Assembly: GCA_043228905.1 (NCBI GenBank)
Contig: JBHGNT010000009.1
Span: 3,410,001-3,474,000, forward strand
Direction: 5' to 3'
From: Azolla caroliniana
Lineage: Eukaryota > Plantae > Polypodiophyta
Length of the DNA: 64,000 bases
Below the pieces are notes generated by a model. It had not been told where the DNA came from, did not search any database, and saw only the letters and a program-made list of their open reading frames with translations. This document shows, one piece after another, positions 1 to 12,500 of the stretch; positions within the stretch are counted from its first letter, which is position 1; each line of letters opens with the position of its first letter. The position numbers were made by a program, and so were the translations under genes.

Positions 1-488
1 TTGTGCACTTCCAGATCCATGTCTGAAACTGTCAAGGGACTTTTGCTCCATTGTTAATTCCTCAAATTTGGAAGTTTTGATGACCTACTATTGGTGTATG
101 GAATTCCTCAACAACTATCTTCATTATTGATGGTGATCGCTGTTGGTGTTACCTGAGTTGTTAATCCAACTCCGTCAATTAATTGTGCACTTCCAGATCC
201 ATGTCTGAAACTGTCAAGGGACTTTTGCTCCATTGTTAATTCCTCAAATTTGGAAGTTTTGATGACCTACTATTGGTGTATGGAATTCCTCAACAACTAT
301 CTTCATTATTGATGGTGATCGCTGTTGGTGTTACCTGAGTTGTTAATCCAACTCCTTCAATTAATTGTGCACTTCCAGATCCATGTCTGAAACTGTCAAG
401 GGACTTTTGCTCCATTGTTAATTCCTCAAATTTGGAAGTTTTGATGACCTACTATTGGTGTATGGAATTCCTCAACAACTATCTTCAT
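1..488. repeat. 182-bp tandem repeat, ~2.7 near-identical copies visible (may extend beyond the window start)
   Basis: TTGTGCACTTCCAGATCCATGTCTGAAACT recurs at 1, 183 and 365; copies are almost identical. Confidence 0.95.
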
Positions 489-1153
489 TTAGTAGGAAAG
501 ATATTAGGTATTGATCTGCCCTTCCAGAAGGCAAAAATACAAGCCATCCTGTTAGTGCTTGGTGTAACTTTGGCCAGACTAATGCAGTTGTGGCTTCTAA
601 GTGTTGTCTCATGCAAATGTTTATGTCTCACAACCAAACCTGAATCACCAAGATCACCCATGAATAAATTCAGTTATCCTTGGATCGCAAGCATATTAGT
701 TCTCTCCTCTGTATGGAAGCATCTTCTTGTTTTGGATGTCATGGAATGACCTTTGACAATTCACTCATTTGAACTCTTTATTTGCTTATTGTAGTCCAAA
801 TGTCATGAATGTGTACAATTGAAAGGTTTGTTCTCACTCTTTCACATTTCATTTAGACAATCTAATGAAGATTTCACCAAATCATGGATATGATAACGAC
901 TTTTTAGTGGCCAGAACCTCTTGTAAGGGCAATATGCCAAAAAATGTTGTTCAGACTTTATTGATCACCATGATGCCTCTATGAATGCCTATAATTTTTG
1001 TATCTTGTTCTTCATGGCACTGTGGCATTGCTTAAGATTTTGTTAATGTTTGTCATTGTAGCATTTCTTCAAGTTTGAAACAAACATTAACGATCATGAT
1101 TTCTATTTATTATCCGTGCAGAATATCTCGATGAAAACAATAGCTAATATCCT

Positions 1154-2782
1154 TCATATCACTTCAATATGGTTCATTTTCGTTTCAATTATTTTTGCAT
1201 CTTCATGCCTTCCAGTCGCTCTATAGATGTTACTCATGCAAACATAAGTCGCAGCATCCTTGTCATCTAAACTGATTGCATGTTGAAAAGCAAATTCACC
1301 AAGCTCCACGTCTCCCCATTTCTGACAAACACCCAACAAAGTAACCCATATCTGAGGATCAGTAAGAAATGGCATATTCTTGATAACCTCTACAGCCTTA
1401 TACAAGTCACCTGCACGTCCAAACGAATCAACCATGCAAGTATGATGCTCTAAAGTTGGTATTATGTTATAGTTTTTATTCATCATCTCTAAATACATTA
1501 GACATTTCTCCAGTAAACCCCCATGATTACATAAATTAAGCACAATACTGAATGTCACCAAATTTGGATTTTTTCGTTCTGCCATCATTTTATCAAATGA
1601 GTTGAAAGCCTTTCCTTCCTCTCCAAGCTGAGCATATCCTGCAATCAATGTATTCCACGAGATGACATCCTGCTCAGAAAGCTTGCCAAACAATCTTTGT
1701 GCTTCTAAAAAGGCACCGCATTTCACATACATATTAACTAAGGCGTTGACAACATTTTCTTCTTCCAATAAGTCCTCGCTAACAATCTTTGTGTGTATTT
1801 GTTTGCCTTTGAATACAACACCTGTATTGCCACATGCTTTCAAGATGCAAACAATGGTAACCACATTTGTAGAGAGACCCTCAAGTTGCAAACGCTCAAA
1901 GCACTTCACAGCTTCGCTGTCATGTTCATATTGAGCATATCCAGAAATTAGGGAAGTCCAAGAGAATATATCTGGATCAAACAGATCATCAAACACTTCT
2001 TTTGCCTTTCGAATCATACCACATGTAGCATACATATCTATCAAGGCATTGCCGACAATGTTATTTCTCTCCAATAACCTTGCTCGAGTAATTGCAGCAT
2101 GTAACTGTTGGCCTTTGGAAGCATCTCCAACATTGCCACATGCTTTCAAGCCACAAACAAAAGTGAGTGCATCAGGAGAGAGACCCCTCAGTTCTATCTG
2201 TTTAAAGCACTCTAATGCATCCTCATCATGACCATGCTCAATGTATCCTGCAATTAACACTGTCCAAGAAATTACAGTTTGAAATGGCAGCTTCTTGAAA
2301 ACGTCTCTAGCTTTGGCTAGTTCACCACATTTAGCATACATACCTACCAATGCATTTCCAACTATACAATTTTTCTTCAGCAATCCTAGTCTTACAACCT
2401 CATCATGTATTTCTTGGCCTTTACAAGTTTCTCTTATAATACCACAAGCTTTCAGGATGAAAACAAATGTGACAGCAGTAGGACAGATACCACTAAGTCT
2501 CATTTCTTCATAACAAATGAGTGCTTCCTTACCATGCCCGTATTTTGCATACTCTCCAATAAGTATATTCCACGAGGCTGCATCCTGAACTGGAAGCTCA
2601 TCGAAGACAGCATGGGCTTTCACAAATGCACCACATTTGGCATACATGTTGACCAAACTGTTGCCAAGGCAGATATTCATGTCATGAAGAAGCCCCGATT
2701 TCACAATCTCAGCATGTATTCTGCTACCTGTAATCAGGTCTTTCCTCTTCGCACAATCTCTCAGGAGGGAGATCCAAGCCAT
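1154..2782 (-). CDS. Pentatricopeptide repeat protein, PLS class with E1/E2 extension, no DYW (organellar RNA-editing factor type)
   Basis: 542-aa ORF with repeated P-L-S triplets (GNSLVNMYAKCG, SWNILIGEY, TFVFILKACG). C-terminal HHTCMVDSFGRAG...IWVTLLGVCQKWGDVE...AATYVCMSNIY is the E domain. Confidence 0.93.
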   Translation of the reverse strand: MAWISLLRDCAKRKDLITGSRIHAEIVKSGLLHDMNICLGNSLVNMYAKCGAFVKAHAVFDELPVQDAASWNILIGEYAKYGHGKEALICYEEMRLSGICPTAVTFVFILKACGIIRETCKGQEIHDEVVRLGLLKKNCIVGNALVGMYAKCGELAKARDVFKKLPFQTVISWTVLIAGYIEHGHDEDALECFKQIELRGLSPDALTFVCGLKACGNVGDASKGQQLHAAITRARLLERNNIVGNALIDMYATCGMIRKAKEVFDDLFDPDIFSWTSLISGYAQYEHDSEAVKCFERLQLEGLSTNVVTIVCILKACGNTGVVFKGKQIHTKIVSEDLLEEENVVNALVNMYVKCGAFLEAQRLFGKLSEQDVISWNTLIAGYAQLGEEGKAFNSFDKMMAERKNPNLVTFSIVLNLCNHGGLLEKCLMYLEMMNKNYNIIPTLEHHTCMVDSFGRAGDLYKAVEVIKNMPFLTDPQIWVTLLGVCQKWGDVELGEFAFQHAISLDDKDAATYVCMSNIYRATGRHEDAKIIETKMNHIEVI

Positions 2783-3547
2783 GAATCTTTACATCATGTG
2801 TTGTGGAATTCGGCTTCATCTGACTCTCTCTTTCCTGTTAGCAAGATCTCCTCTTGCCAGGATTGGTGACGGCAGCCAGGCTTTCTTACCCATGATGCGG
2901 CTTCCATCATCCAACAACACGCTAGGCCATATACCTGAGTGTATGTATATAAAGTGTAGGGTCAGATATGGGGCTTGGAATTGGATGGCCATGGCCCTGT
3001 TTATTCCATCTGCAGGATGAATGAATGAATGAGGAGAAAAAGGGAGCCCTATATAGAATGAATTCCTAAGAACACCACCGGTATCCAAATCATCTCTGGT
3101 TTCAAATGTTACAAAATATGTTGCCCACATTGAAGGCACTTGCGCACTAACTATCATCCTTGGTGCCTTGGATTAGATGTGGAAGCTTGCCAAGGCCCAA
3201 AGACTGGCAGAGTGTCCCGCCCCCGAGACGGGAGTGGGGTTTGTTGGGTCATGGTTTGGTTGCCTTGCCAATGTGATCTTTCTTTCTTATCTATCTATTA
3301 GAGCCAAAGAAACTTGACATTTTATGCTAGGGGAACATTTGGTTTCATTCCTACCCAAACACGGCCGCGAAAGCATTACACGCATCGTGACCCGGCGGGG
3401 AACTTTCCGGAAAAAATTAAATTCCTGCAGTCATTCTCAGGGACCTCCAAAAAACTGGAATGGCTGACTCAAAAGCAATCCCCCCCATGTGTCTGAATAC
3501 CATTTCTGCACAAAGAACAGTCGCCCAACACGATATGATAGGATCGA

Positions 3548-3710
3548 TCTGTCATGCCTAAGAAGAGACAGAAGTAGGAGACGGAGAGGAACAGGAAGGA
3601 GAAATAGAAGGAAGAAGAAGAAGAAGGCCCAGCAAGATTAGGGTCTCTGTCATGCCGAAGAAGAGACAGAAGAAGGAGACGGAGAGGAACAGGAGGAAGG
3701 AGAAGTAGAA
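3548..3710 (+). repeat. ~55-bp purine-rich direct duplication in the AAA-ATPase leader
   Basis: TCTGTCATGCC(T/G)AAGAAGAGACAGAAG(T/A)AGGAGACGGAGAGGAACAGGA at 3548 and 3646. Confidence 0.85.
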
Positions 3711-3732
3711 GGAAATTTAAAGAGGAAGAAGA

Positions 3733-5301
3733 ATGGAGGTAGCCAAAACCTTGTGCTCTGTGATGGGTGCGTGTGCCTTCGGGCTGAACATGGTTCCTCT
3801 GGCGGTGCGCAGGAAAGTGGATGAAGCCCTCCGGCGCCTCTGGGAGAACCTCTTCTCCACCGCTGATCCTTTCGCCTACATAGAAATCCCCTGCACCAGT
3901 AACAACCCGTTGCTGATGACAGAAAACAGCCATGGAACTCACCCTACCCCTGCTCCGCATTCCGGAAGCTCCGACTTGCCTAACCCTTTCTATGAGGATG
4001 TATCCCTTTACCTTAGTTCCCTTAACATCGAGCTCCAATCTAAACGAGTGAGTGTCTTCGGAAACCCTAAACCTAACCTTACTATTAACCCTAATCTGAG
4101 TACCAGCCCTAATTCTAATCCGCCTTATGTGTTTGGGCTCCCCCTCAACCAAACCCTAGTTGATACTTTTCATGGTGCCCAACTATGGTGGACACACACC
4201 TCTGACCCCTCTCAGGCTGGGCATATCACAAGCGGTGGTGGTCGTTCTGATGGTAATCCTCATAACGTTTTCATCCTCACCATGCTCAACTCCGACAAGC
4301 CTCGCCTCCTCCGCCCATATCTTTCTCTCATCTCCAAATACGCCCAAGACATGAGACGAAGGAACACTCTTCTAACTCTCCATACAAATACCCGACATGG
4401 ATCACATTGGACACCTTATGTCTTCAATCACCCCTCCACTTTTGAGAGTATCGCGCTGGAGGATGACTTGGCAGAACGCATCCAATCGGATCTCACTTCC
4501 TTCTCAGAATCAGAAGAGTTCTATCATAGTGTTGGTCGTGCTTGGAAGCGTGGGTACCTCCTTTATGGCCCCCCTGGTACAGGCAAGTCTAGCTTGATTG
4601 CTGCCATTGCGAATTTCATGCATTATGATGTGTACGACCTAGAGCTCACCAATGTGTATAGCAACACTGAGCTCAAACAACTCCTCATGCAAACCAAGAG
4701 GAAATCCATTATAGTGATTGAGGACATTGATTGTGCCATTGGAAATGAGCTCCTTAACGAAAACCAAGCTGAAGGGCATGATGCTAAAGCCTCTCATAGC
4801 AACCAGGAAGCTTTTCCTTCTAAATATGATGCTGGACTGGATGAAAGGGTTACGTTCACACACAAGCAGATGAATGGGTTGACTCTTTCTGGTTTATTAA
4901 ATTTTGCTGATGGCCTTCAGTCTTGCTTCGGTGAGGAAAGGATATTTATCTTCACTACCAATCACAAGGAGAGGTTAGATGGAGCCTTGCTGAGGTCGGG
5001 GCGCATGGATATGCACATTCTGTTATCATATTGTTCATTCTCTGCCTTCAAGAAGCTGGCCTTCAATTATTTGCGAATTCAAGAGCATGAACTTTTTGAT
5101 CAATTGGAAGAGGCTATGGAACCTGGTGTGATGATCACACCGGCATCTGTAGCAGAAATTTTGATAAGAAACCGAAAGGACCCCAAAATCGCTATTTCAC
5201 TTGTACTCGCTGCAGTCAAGACTGCAAAGATATTGAATTATCAAAGTGGAGACTTTCAGCATGGCATTGGAGAGGATGCCAAGTTGGATGCTCATAACTG
5301 A
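3733..5301 (+). CDS. Plant BCS1-clade AAA-ATPase (AATP1/ASD-like), intronless
   Basis: 522 aa; HPSTFESIAL, GRAWKRGYLLYGPPGTGKSS (Walker A), IIVIEDID (Walker B), TLSGLLNFADG, FTTNHKERLDGALLRSGRMD (SRH). Confidence 0.95.
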   Translation: MEVAKTLCSVMGACAFGLNMVPLAVRRKVDEALRRLWENLFSTADPFAYIEIPCTSNNPLLMTENSHGTHPTPAPHSGSSDLPNPFYEDVSLYLSSLNIELQSKRVSVFGNPKPNLTINPNLSTSPNSNPPYVFGLPLNQTLVDTFHGAQLWWTHTSDPSQAGHITSGGGRSDGNPHNVFILTMLNSDKPRLLRPYLSLISKYAQDMRRRNTLLTLHTNTRHGSHWTPYVFNHPSTFESIALEDDLAERIQSDLTSFSESEEFYHSVGRAWKRGYLLYGPPGTGKSSLIAAIANFMHYDVYDLELTNVYSNTELKQLLMQTKRKSIIVIEDIDCAIGNELLNENQAEGHDAKASHSNQEAFPSKYDAGLDERVTFTHKQMNGLTLSGLLNFADGLQSCFGEERIFIFTTNHKERLDGALLRSGRMDMHILLSYCSFSAFKKLAFNYLRIQEHELFDQLEEAMEPGVMITPASVAEILIRNRKDPKIAISLVLAAVKTAKILNYQSGDFQHGIGEDAKLDAHN

Positions 5302-8300
5302 AGTGCTAATAAAAACTGATGGATACTTTGGTATTGTGTTATTTTAGAGAGAGATTGCTCCAATTCATCTTCGATCCCATGAAGGTCAGCTTTCATAAAT
5401 GATTATATATGCTCAATGGTGTGATAAGGGTTTTATTTAGATATATAATATCTAAAATGGCAGTTTTCAAGTCCATATGCATTCTCTATAGAGCGTTAGT
5501 TTTCATGGGAAATTTGGGCTTATAGATATGAGAGACAGTTTCAGTTGTTCTTTGCTGAAATAAAAATGCATCAGCATTTTGCTACGTGGATCAGTGGAGA
5601 CCAATCAAATCTGTCTTGTACATCTATAAGCGCAAATTTTATGATGAAAATTAGCACGCCTCCATTAACTCTTACATAGATTGTAGCTTTTTGTTTTCAC
5701 CAGAATCAGTAAAGGACGATGTTGCGTTTTAAAATTCTGGGTGGAGAAGGCTTGTTTCGCAGCATTCAAATCAAAACCTAATAATGGGAGATTTCTGATT
5801 ACAAAAATATATATATATATATCCACCTTTTCGTGTGTTCATATCTTGTAAAGTAAAGTGGATGAGTGATGGCCAACTTGTGTTACCTTTGCATTGACCT
5901 AGAAAGAGATTTTTCACAACATCATGTACAGGAGCGATGTTCAGGCTTTGCATAACCTAGAATGAGATCTAAGTCATATACAAATAGTCAGATATATGAT
6001 GCTCCCAAGTAATGGCAGCAAGGAAAAATGTCTTTGGTCAATTTGACACCATCCTCATACAAGTTGCATGGATCTGATATAGGTGCACACAAAGGTATAG
6101 AATCAGCAATTTCAATCTTTTAAATAATCTCTTAGACCAAATTCTTTTAAGGCAATCTTACTATTGTAAAGGACCAGAAATCAGGTTTTCAGCTGCAGAT
6201 AGCCTTGTGCATTTTCTCATGGTGCTGGCAGTGATAGGAAGGTTGTTTACATATAAATGGAGGGTATTGAAATTGTTGTCATATAATCAAGTCTCATTAC
6301 AAATTAGGGTACAGTGATCCCTGTGCGAAGGGCAAGCCTCAATTTGATGTGGCATCATCATAATTGCATCAACTCCTACAAGGATTTGTGAAGCGTACTT
6401 ATTGACAGGGAAATCAAGGATCATTGAATGATGAGATGAGGGAGCTGCTGGAAGAATATATCTTCTTAGGCTCTTTCTTGTATCAATGATACACAATTGT
6501 TCTGGAGCAAAGCCATAATTGCCAGCTTTGGAGCTGCACACTGATTTTTCTATCCATCACAACAGAGGCACAAGAGTGCTTAGAAATGAGCAATTACCCT
6601 TCTTCCCCTAAAGTTGATTTTGGTAGAAGTGGTATCAAAGTAGCTTTTAGAAATGTTAGAAGATCAGTTTACATCATAAATATCAATTACACACCTAAAT
6701 CTACTCTGCATTAGTGTAACAACTAAGAAGCTATTACAGCAAATGACAGAGCTATTGAGCTCCATCATAGAAGCTACTACAGAAAATGACAAGTAATTGA
6801 TCTCCATAATTGTGTTATAATGAGGAAAAGCCTTTCCGTGAAGCCGTAACTTGTATGAGGCACAAAGTCTCCTTTATTGTCACCAATGGGTCAGGAATCT
6901 TGAATTAATCCGTTTGACAAGAAAACTATCAGCTACTTCGTTATCTGCTCTGTTATCAGACGCTTTGTAAAGTCATTGTTCAAAATGAACAAAAATTTTG
7001 GGAAATAATTTGTTTTGGATTTCATGATAAATTTTAAAATTGATAACAGATCCATATTTGGAAAAATGAAGTTACAATAATAATAACGAAATGATTGCAT
7101 TTAAAATATCAGTATCTTCCATCATCAAACTCTCTTTCACTGGCTTTGATGGCAGCTGAATTGCTAAATTATTTGTTTTACTATGTTTTGTTGCCTCACT
7201 TCATGTTTTAATATGGTGAGCAATGAACATTTTAAGTTTGTGTGAGTTGAAAACCACTTATCCATTTTGTTCATCATCAATAGAAACACCCTTAGAGCTT
7301 ACTCTTCGAAAAGATAGTTGCACTGGTGGTTTTGCCAGATTCTGGTGGATCAGTCGAAATTTCTTTAAATGTGCACTGGGTTTTTATTTGCTTTTTAATA
7401 TAGGCATCCCTGAAAATACCTATTTTCAAGTTCATGCATATATAAACATCATATATCTTGAATTGGTGGTTACATGTCATTCATTTATAAAAATGTTGAA
7501 GCACAGTTTGTTTAAGCTCAAGCTATGTAGTATTACAATCATAGAATTAATACCTGTAAAATTTGCTGAGAAGATAGTAATTATATATCATTATATGTTT
7601 GGAGATCAAGTGATGGGCTATGGTGAAGTGAGGTAGTGAATATATGGCATTATAAATTTGGACATTAAATGATAAATTATGGTTAAACTAAAGGATCATA
7701 AATTGTAATGTAACATGACAGAACCTGATCAATGGTGCAACAAAGCAAAATCAATTAAGGATGACAACTCAATTGCAGGGTCTAGATGGAGATGAGAGTC
7801 AATAATGGTAGCAAGCAGTCACCTTAAAGTTAAAAACATGCAACTATATGTTGGTGATTATTTCTAGCAACATTTGATTTGCTCACTAACATTTCCAGCA
7901 AGACATCAAATTTCAGCTAACATTTGATGTTACTTATCAGTTAAGGAATAACCAAGAAAGAAGAATTTGGGTCCAGACATTCTTTTTCACCTGTATCCCA
8001 GTAGTAGTTTGGCAGTTAAAAAAGCAAAGATCTCTCGAGGAATCACAAATAAAAGCAAGGATGAACCAGTGTTCTACATGGGTACATAATTGGTTCATGC
8101 TAGAATAGTTACATGTAAAGATATTGAAAAGTCATCCCCACCCATCCAACAAAAATACCACAAAGAACATGCATGATAAATGGAAAGATTTTCATGTCCA
8201 CCTACAAATCATGTACATCCCTTATTTCACAGAAGTTGATAATCCAAATATCAAGTTCTCCAACTATCTCTCCCATTCTTTCCACCTCACATCTGCATGC

Positions 8301-9420
8301 ATATAGCACTCCATCAGAGGTCGAAACTTTGATGCAACCAATTATTTTTCGGCTTCAATACTAATGTGTTGTGCTACTTTCATATCATGATCCTGTAAGA
8401 ACTTCCTTGTTTTCTTGTGTGAGTTCGACTTTACTCATACCAAAGGTATGGTTCAATTTAAGAGAAAGATTTGCCACTCACTCGCTAGGTGGCTTAATAT
8501 TACTCCACCATGTACTAGAGCACATCATTCAAACAATGGCTCTTACTGTACATAGCATACAGAAATTTTATTATTCCATGATTTGTTTCATACTCACAGC
8601 TCTTAAAAAAGGTGCATAGGTTATGTAAGCTTTTTTAGTATGCAATCAGAAACTGATACAAGACTACTCTGTCATTACAATCAATAGCTGAATATAGCTT
8701 CTTTTAACTCAGTTTTGACTAACCTAATCAATCTTACACTTGGAATCAGCATCCCAACATTCACCAACACTGTTATTCTATCTTAATTTCCAGCACTGTG
8801 ATCTCTCAAATCCTTTCTCGTCAAATTAAGCCTTACACATAAAATCTTGATTTAGTAGTAGCTTGGACCTGTAAACGGATTAAAACCTGAGGCCACTGCA
8901 TACCAAAAATTTCAAACTACTCTGCGAGTCTTTATAGATATTTATGTCATAACTCTTCAAAGCATTTTCCATTTAGAGCTGGTGCATCACATCCCAGCAT
9001 TCCACTTTTCCTCTGTTAAAGTGATGAAAACAGGGCAGACGTGAATTCAAACACCTCTGTTTTCGCATAAGACAAAAAAATCTTATTAAGGATCAAACCT
9101 CTGCTCATTGGCAGGCCAAAAAGAGGGCTCTTTACTATGTCTCAAATGTCAAAATCTACGCTACATATCTTCACTACTATATGGAAAACAGTTGCAACTT
9201 CTGTAACCAGTGGCTGAGGGAATAGACCACTACCCGATGATGGGATGGAGTAATATAGAGGAAAACTTGGCTTTTTTACTTGTCCACAAACTCATTAAAG
9301 TGGGAAAACCTGGAACCGGAACCAAATCAAAAAGGAAAAAATTGAACGATTGAAGTGGGGGCTGGGCTGTGGGCATGTCAAGGAAAATTGAGGTCATGTC
9401 AATATGACACTACACGAAAC

Positions 9421-11285
9421 TCAGTCTGCAAAACCCATTTGGCTCCAGACAGCATTTCGCACACGGCTCAAGTCTCGGCCCTTTAGGGTTCGACCTTGCC
9501 CTTCACAGACAGAGAAAGTTGTTCTCTGGCTTCGGGCATATTCCCTTGCGACAAGCTCATGTGGAGGGAGTCGTTCGTCGTCGTCGTCGTCATCCCCTTT
9601 ATCATTATCACTATCATCATTTATTATACCTGCCTTTCTGCCCTTTGCCTTTTTTGCTGCATCCACAAATAGATGAAAGAACACATGAATACTATATGAA
9701 ATATCTCTATAAATTGGTATTCTTTGCAGAATAATGAACTTCAATGAAAACATATACATATAATGGATCTTTTTGCCTACAGGAGAAAATCAACTACAGG
9801 AATTGCTGGAGCTAGCATGCCAACCTATTGTATACCCTACTATATGACACAGAAATCTATCCTAATTATATCTTTCTTTGGTTTAGTATTGTCTTACCAA
9901 TCTATCGCATACCCTAAATTGGCATTGAAATCTATCCTAATTATATCTTTCTTTTGTTTGGTATCGCTTGTCTTATAACTAGGGTACATGCGTACTATTT
10001 CACTTGACCTGAGCATCATTCCAGAATTCAAATAAAAAACATGTCATAATCTTACAATAACACTATCTTTGCTTTCCCTGAGTTTCATTAATGAATTCAA
10101 ATCAAAACATGTCATCTTAAGAACACACTATTTCATCTACCCAGAAAAACATGTCACTGCCTTAAAAGCATACTATTACACAGACCCAGAAAAACATGAC
10201 ATTATCTTACAAAACCATCTATTTATATTAACCAGATTTTCATTACTAAATTGAGATCTAACCATGTTTTTATCTTAACAGAATACTATCACCTCACCCT
10301 TTCTTATCTAGTGTTTCAATACTGAATTCAGATCAAAACACAGCTTTGCCTTAAAAGCCTACTAACTGTAAAATCAATGCGATTAGAAATTTCTTGAAGC
10401 ATGTGTCACATACAAAAAACATTCTTAACATTAGGATTCTCGATACTAACCCATGATCTTGGACCAATCTGGAACCTGAACTGGGGCAGACTGGCGCTCT
10501 GCATGCCTCCTAGGAGGTTCTTTGTTCATCAACCCTCCTGCTAGTTGAGGAATCATCCAAGAAGCAGAAGGACGAGAATTTCCGTGACCTGAAACTGAGA
10601 TCTCCGAAACCCTAGATAAAGGTGAAAGCCCAACCGAACTATTATTCAAGAATGCATCGGTGATCCCAAGGCTCTTGTCCCTTCTTCTCGTAGTTGATGA
10701 TCTTACAACCTCCACAGAAGCCACTTTATGTTTCCCATTCCCTATCCCAACCTCATCTAAATTTCCGTTAGCTACCTCACTAACCCCTGATTTCTTTGTC
10801 TCTTTTACCATCCTTTGCTTTCCATAGCCTAAGCCTAAGGAAAACTCATGGGCAGAAGCATTGATGTGCTTTCCTAGCAATAATTCTGAGTTTAGATCCT
10901 TAGAGTTATAAAGATGTTGGTGTGACCCTACCTCAGATAAATTCAAATGTTCCCAAGATCTTGTCTCCGCCGCCCATATGTCTTCTTCTTTGAACTCTTC
11001 GGGTTCATCATCCCCCATTACGTTTAGGTTTAGGTCTAGAGTTAGATCAAGATCAAGAAGTGAGGATTCAACAGGCGAAGAGGATAAAGAGAGCGCCTTG
11101 GGGGGGGTTGGAGGATGATTAGTTATTCCAAGAAGAACATTTGCTCGGTTACAACAAGGCCCTGAAGCGGAAGATGTGGCTGAGGCTGAGGCTGAGGTGG
11201 CTTTCTGGTCCCTGAGAATGCTTCCGAGACCCGCTGAAGTATTGGAGAAAGGTGCTTCTGAGCTCATCCCGCCTAGCCTCGCCAT
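9421..11285 (-). CDS. S40: Senescence regulator S40 / DUF584 family protein, 2 exons (11285-10451, 9656-9421), ~356 aa
   Basis: Exon 1 has EEDIW and [13 protein letters not shown]. Exon 2 has [10 protein letters not shown]...[31 protein letters not shown] donor at 10450 and CAG acceptor at 9657 join in frame (phase 1). Confidence 0.92.
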
Positions 11286-11328
11286 AGATCTCCTCTGGAG
11301 TTGATCGGATCAAAACTTGGCCAAACAC

Positions 11329-11698
11329 CTAACAAATCATACCAATAATATCAGTGGCGACTTTCGATCAGAAGTTTTTTTTTAAAAACCCCACAACGGA
11401 AAGGAGGGTGGGAGAATAGAGTGCATGTATGGATCAGAAACACCGTCGCTCATCAGTAAGACCTAAACGGGTGCATAAAAACGAGATCTTGGTAATGAGG
11501 AGAGGGAGGGAGAGAGATGATTACCTCAGGAAAGATACTGCTCGTCTTCTGTCGATATGGAAAAAAACAGAGTAGATATGGAGGAGCGGGGAAAGGTGTT
11601 CTGCGAAACTTTGAGAGAAACGGAGAGAGATGGAGGGAGATCTTCTGTTTTTATGACGATCTCTCTGAGGGAGAAGAAACAGAGAAAAGAAGCCAAAC

Positions 11699-11738
<40 letters not shown>

Positions 11739-11830
11739 CAGAGAAAAACAGAGAGAAGAAGGGCGATGGAGAAGAAGAAGAAGAAGCAGCAGAAGAAGAC
11801 GATGGAGATGTAAAACTAGAAAATAAATAA
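11329..11830 (-). other. Putative S40 5' UTR with an intron (~11524-11329) and a CT-microsatellite leader
   Basis: Minus strand shows GAG|GTAATC donor, TTTGTTAG| acceptor and (CT)n/(CTT)n tracts typical of plant leaders. Confidence 0.55.
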
Positions 11831-12059
11831 ATAAATAAGAAAAACAAAAGTACGTTTTTAAAAATACTGTATGTATAGAAGAATTAAAGCAAAAATTAGG
11901 GATATTATGGATATGTATAAATAAAATAAAAAAGCAACTATTTAGTTATTATAAATAAATATATATATATGTATATATTATATATATAATATGTATATAC
12001 ATATTCTATAATTCCAGTTATAATATTGTTATTTATGATGATGATGATGATGTGTAAAT

Positions 12060-12340
12060 AAATAAATGGGGACCTTATCCTCTCCGCCAGCTCAGCTGGC
12101 CTGCTGACTCGGATCGGCTAAGCATGTCAGATCAGGTGCTGGAAACCGGCGTCCACGTGGCGCCCCCTCGCCTTGCCACATCACCGTTAACGTTGTCGTC
12201 CCTGCTGACGTGGCCTGACCCTTACCCCAATGAGGTCCTGCCACGAAGCTCTACTCCCCGTGCTCCTGTACACGTGGACCCGCCAACAACCAATGGGCCC
12301 CATGACTCCAGCCACACGCCTCCCGCCACGTGTCGGACTA
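12060..12340 (-). promoter_or_regulatory. GC-rich cis-regulatory island with clustered G-box/ABRE motifs upstream of S40
   Basis: CCACGTGGC ~12153, TGACGTGGC 12206, CACGTG 12271, GCCACGTGTC 12325, TGGGCCC ~12294, in AT-rich surroundings. Confidence 0.7.
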
Positions 12341-12454
12341 TTAATTGTAGGAAACAAGAAGAAAGCCAAACAAAACTAAAAGAATAAAAAGTTCTTCGTT
12401 CTCTCTCCCTCTCTCGCTCTCAATTTTATTTTTTGGGTAAACTCTCTCTCTCTC

Positions 12455-12500
<46 letters not shown>

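Noticed and set aside
3469-4152. 227-aa antisense ORF over the AAA-ATPase 5' end
   Set aside because: Shadow frame of the real gene plus low-complexity leader; no motifs.
11517-11847. Several R/E- or S/L-rich ORFs
   Set aside because: Translations of (GA)n/(GAA)n microsatellites.
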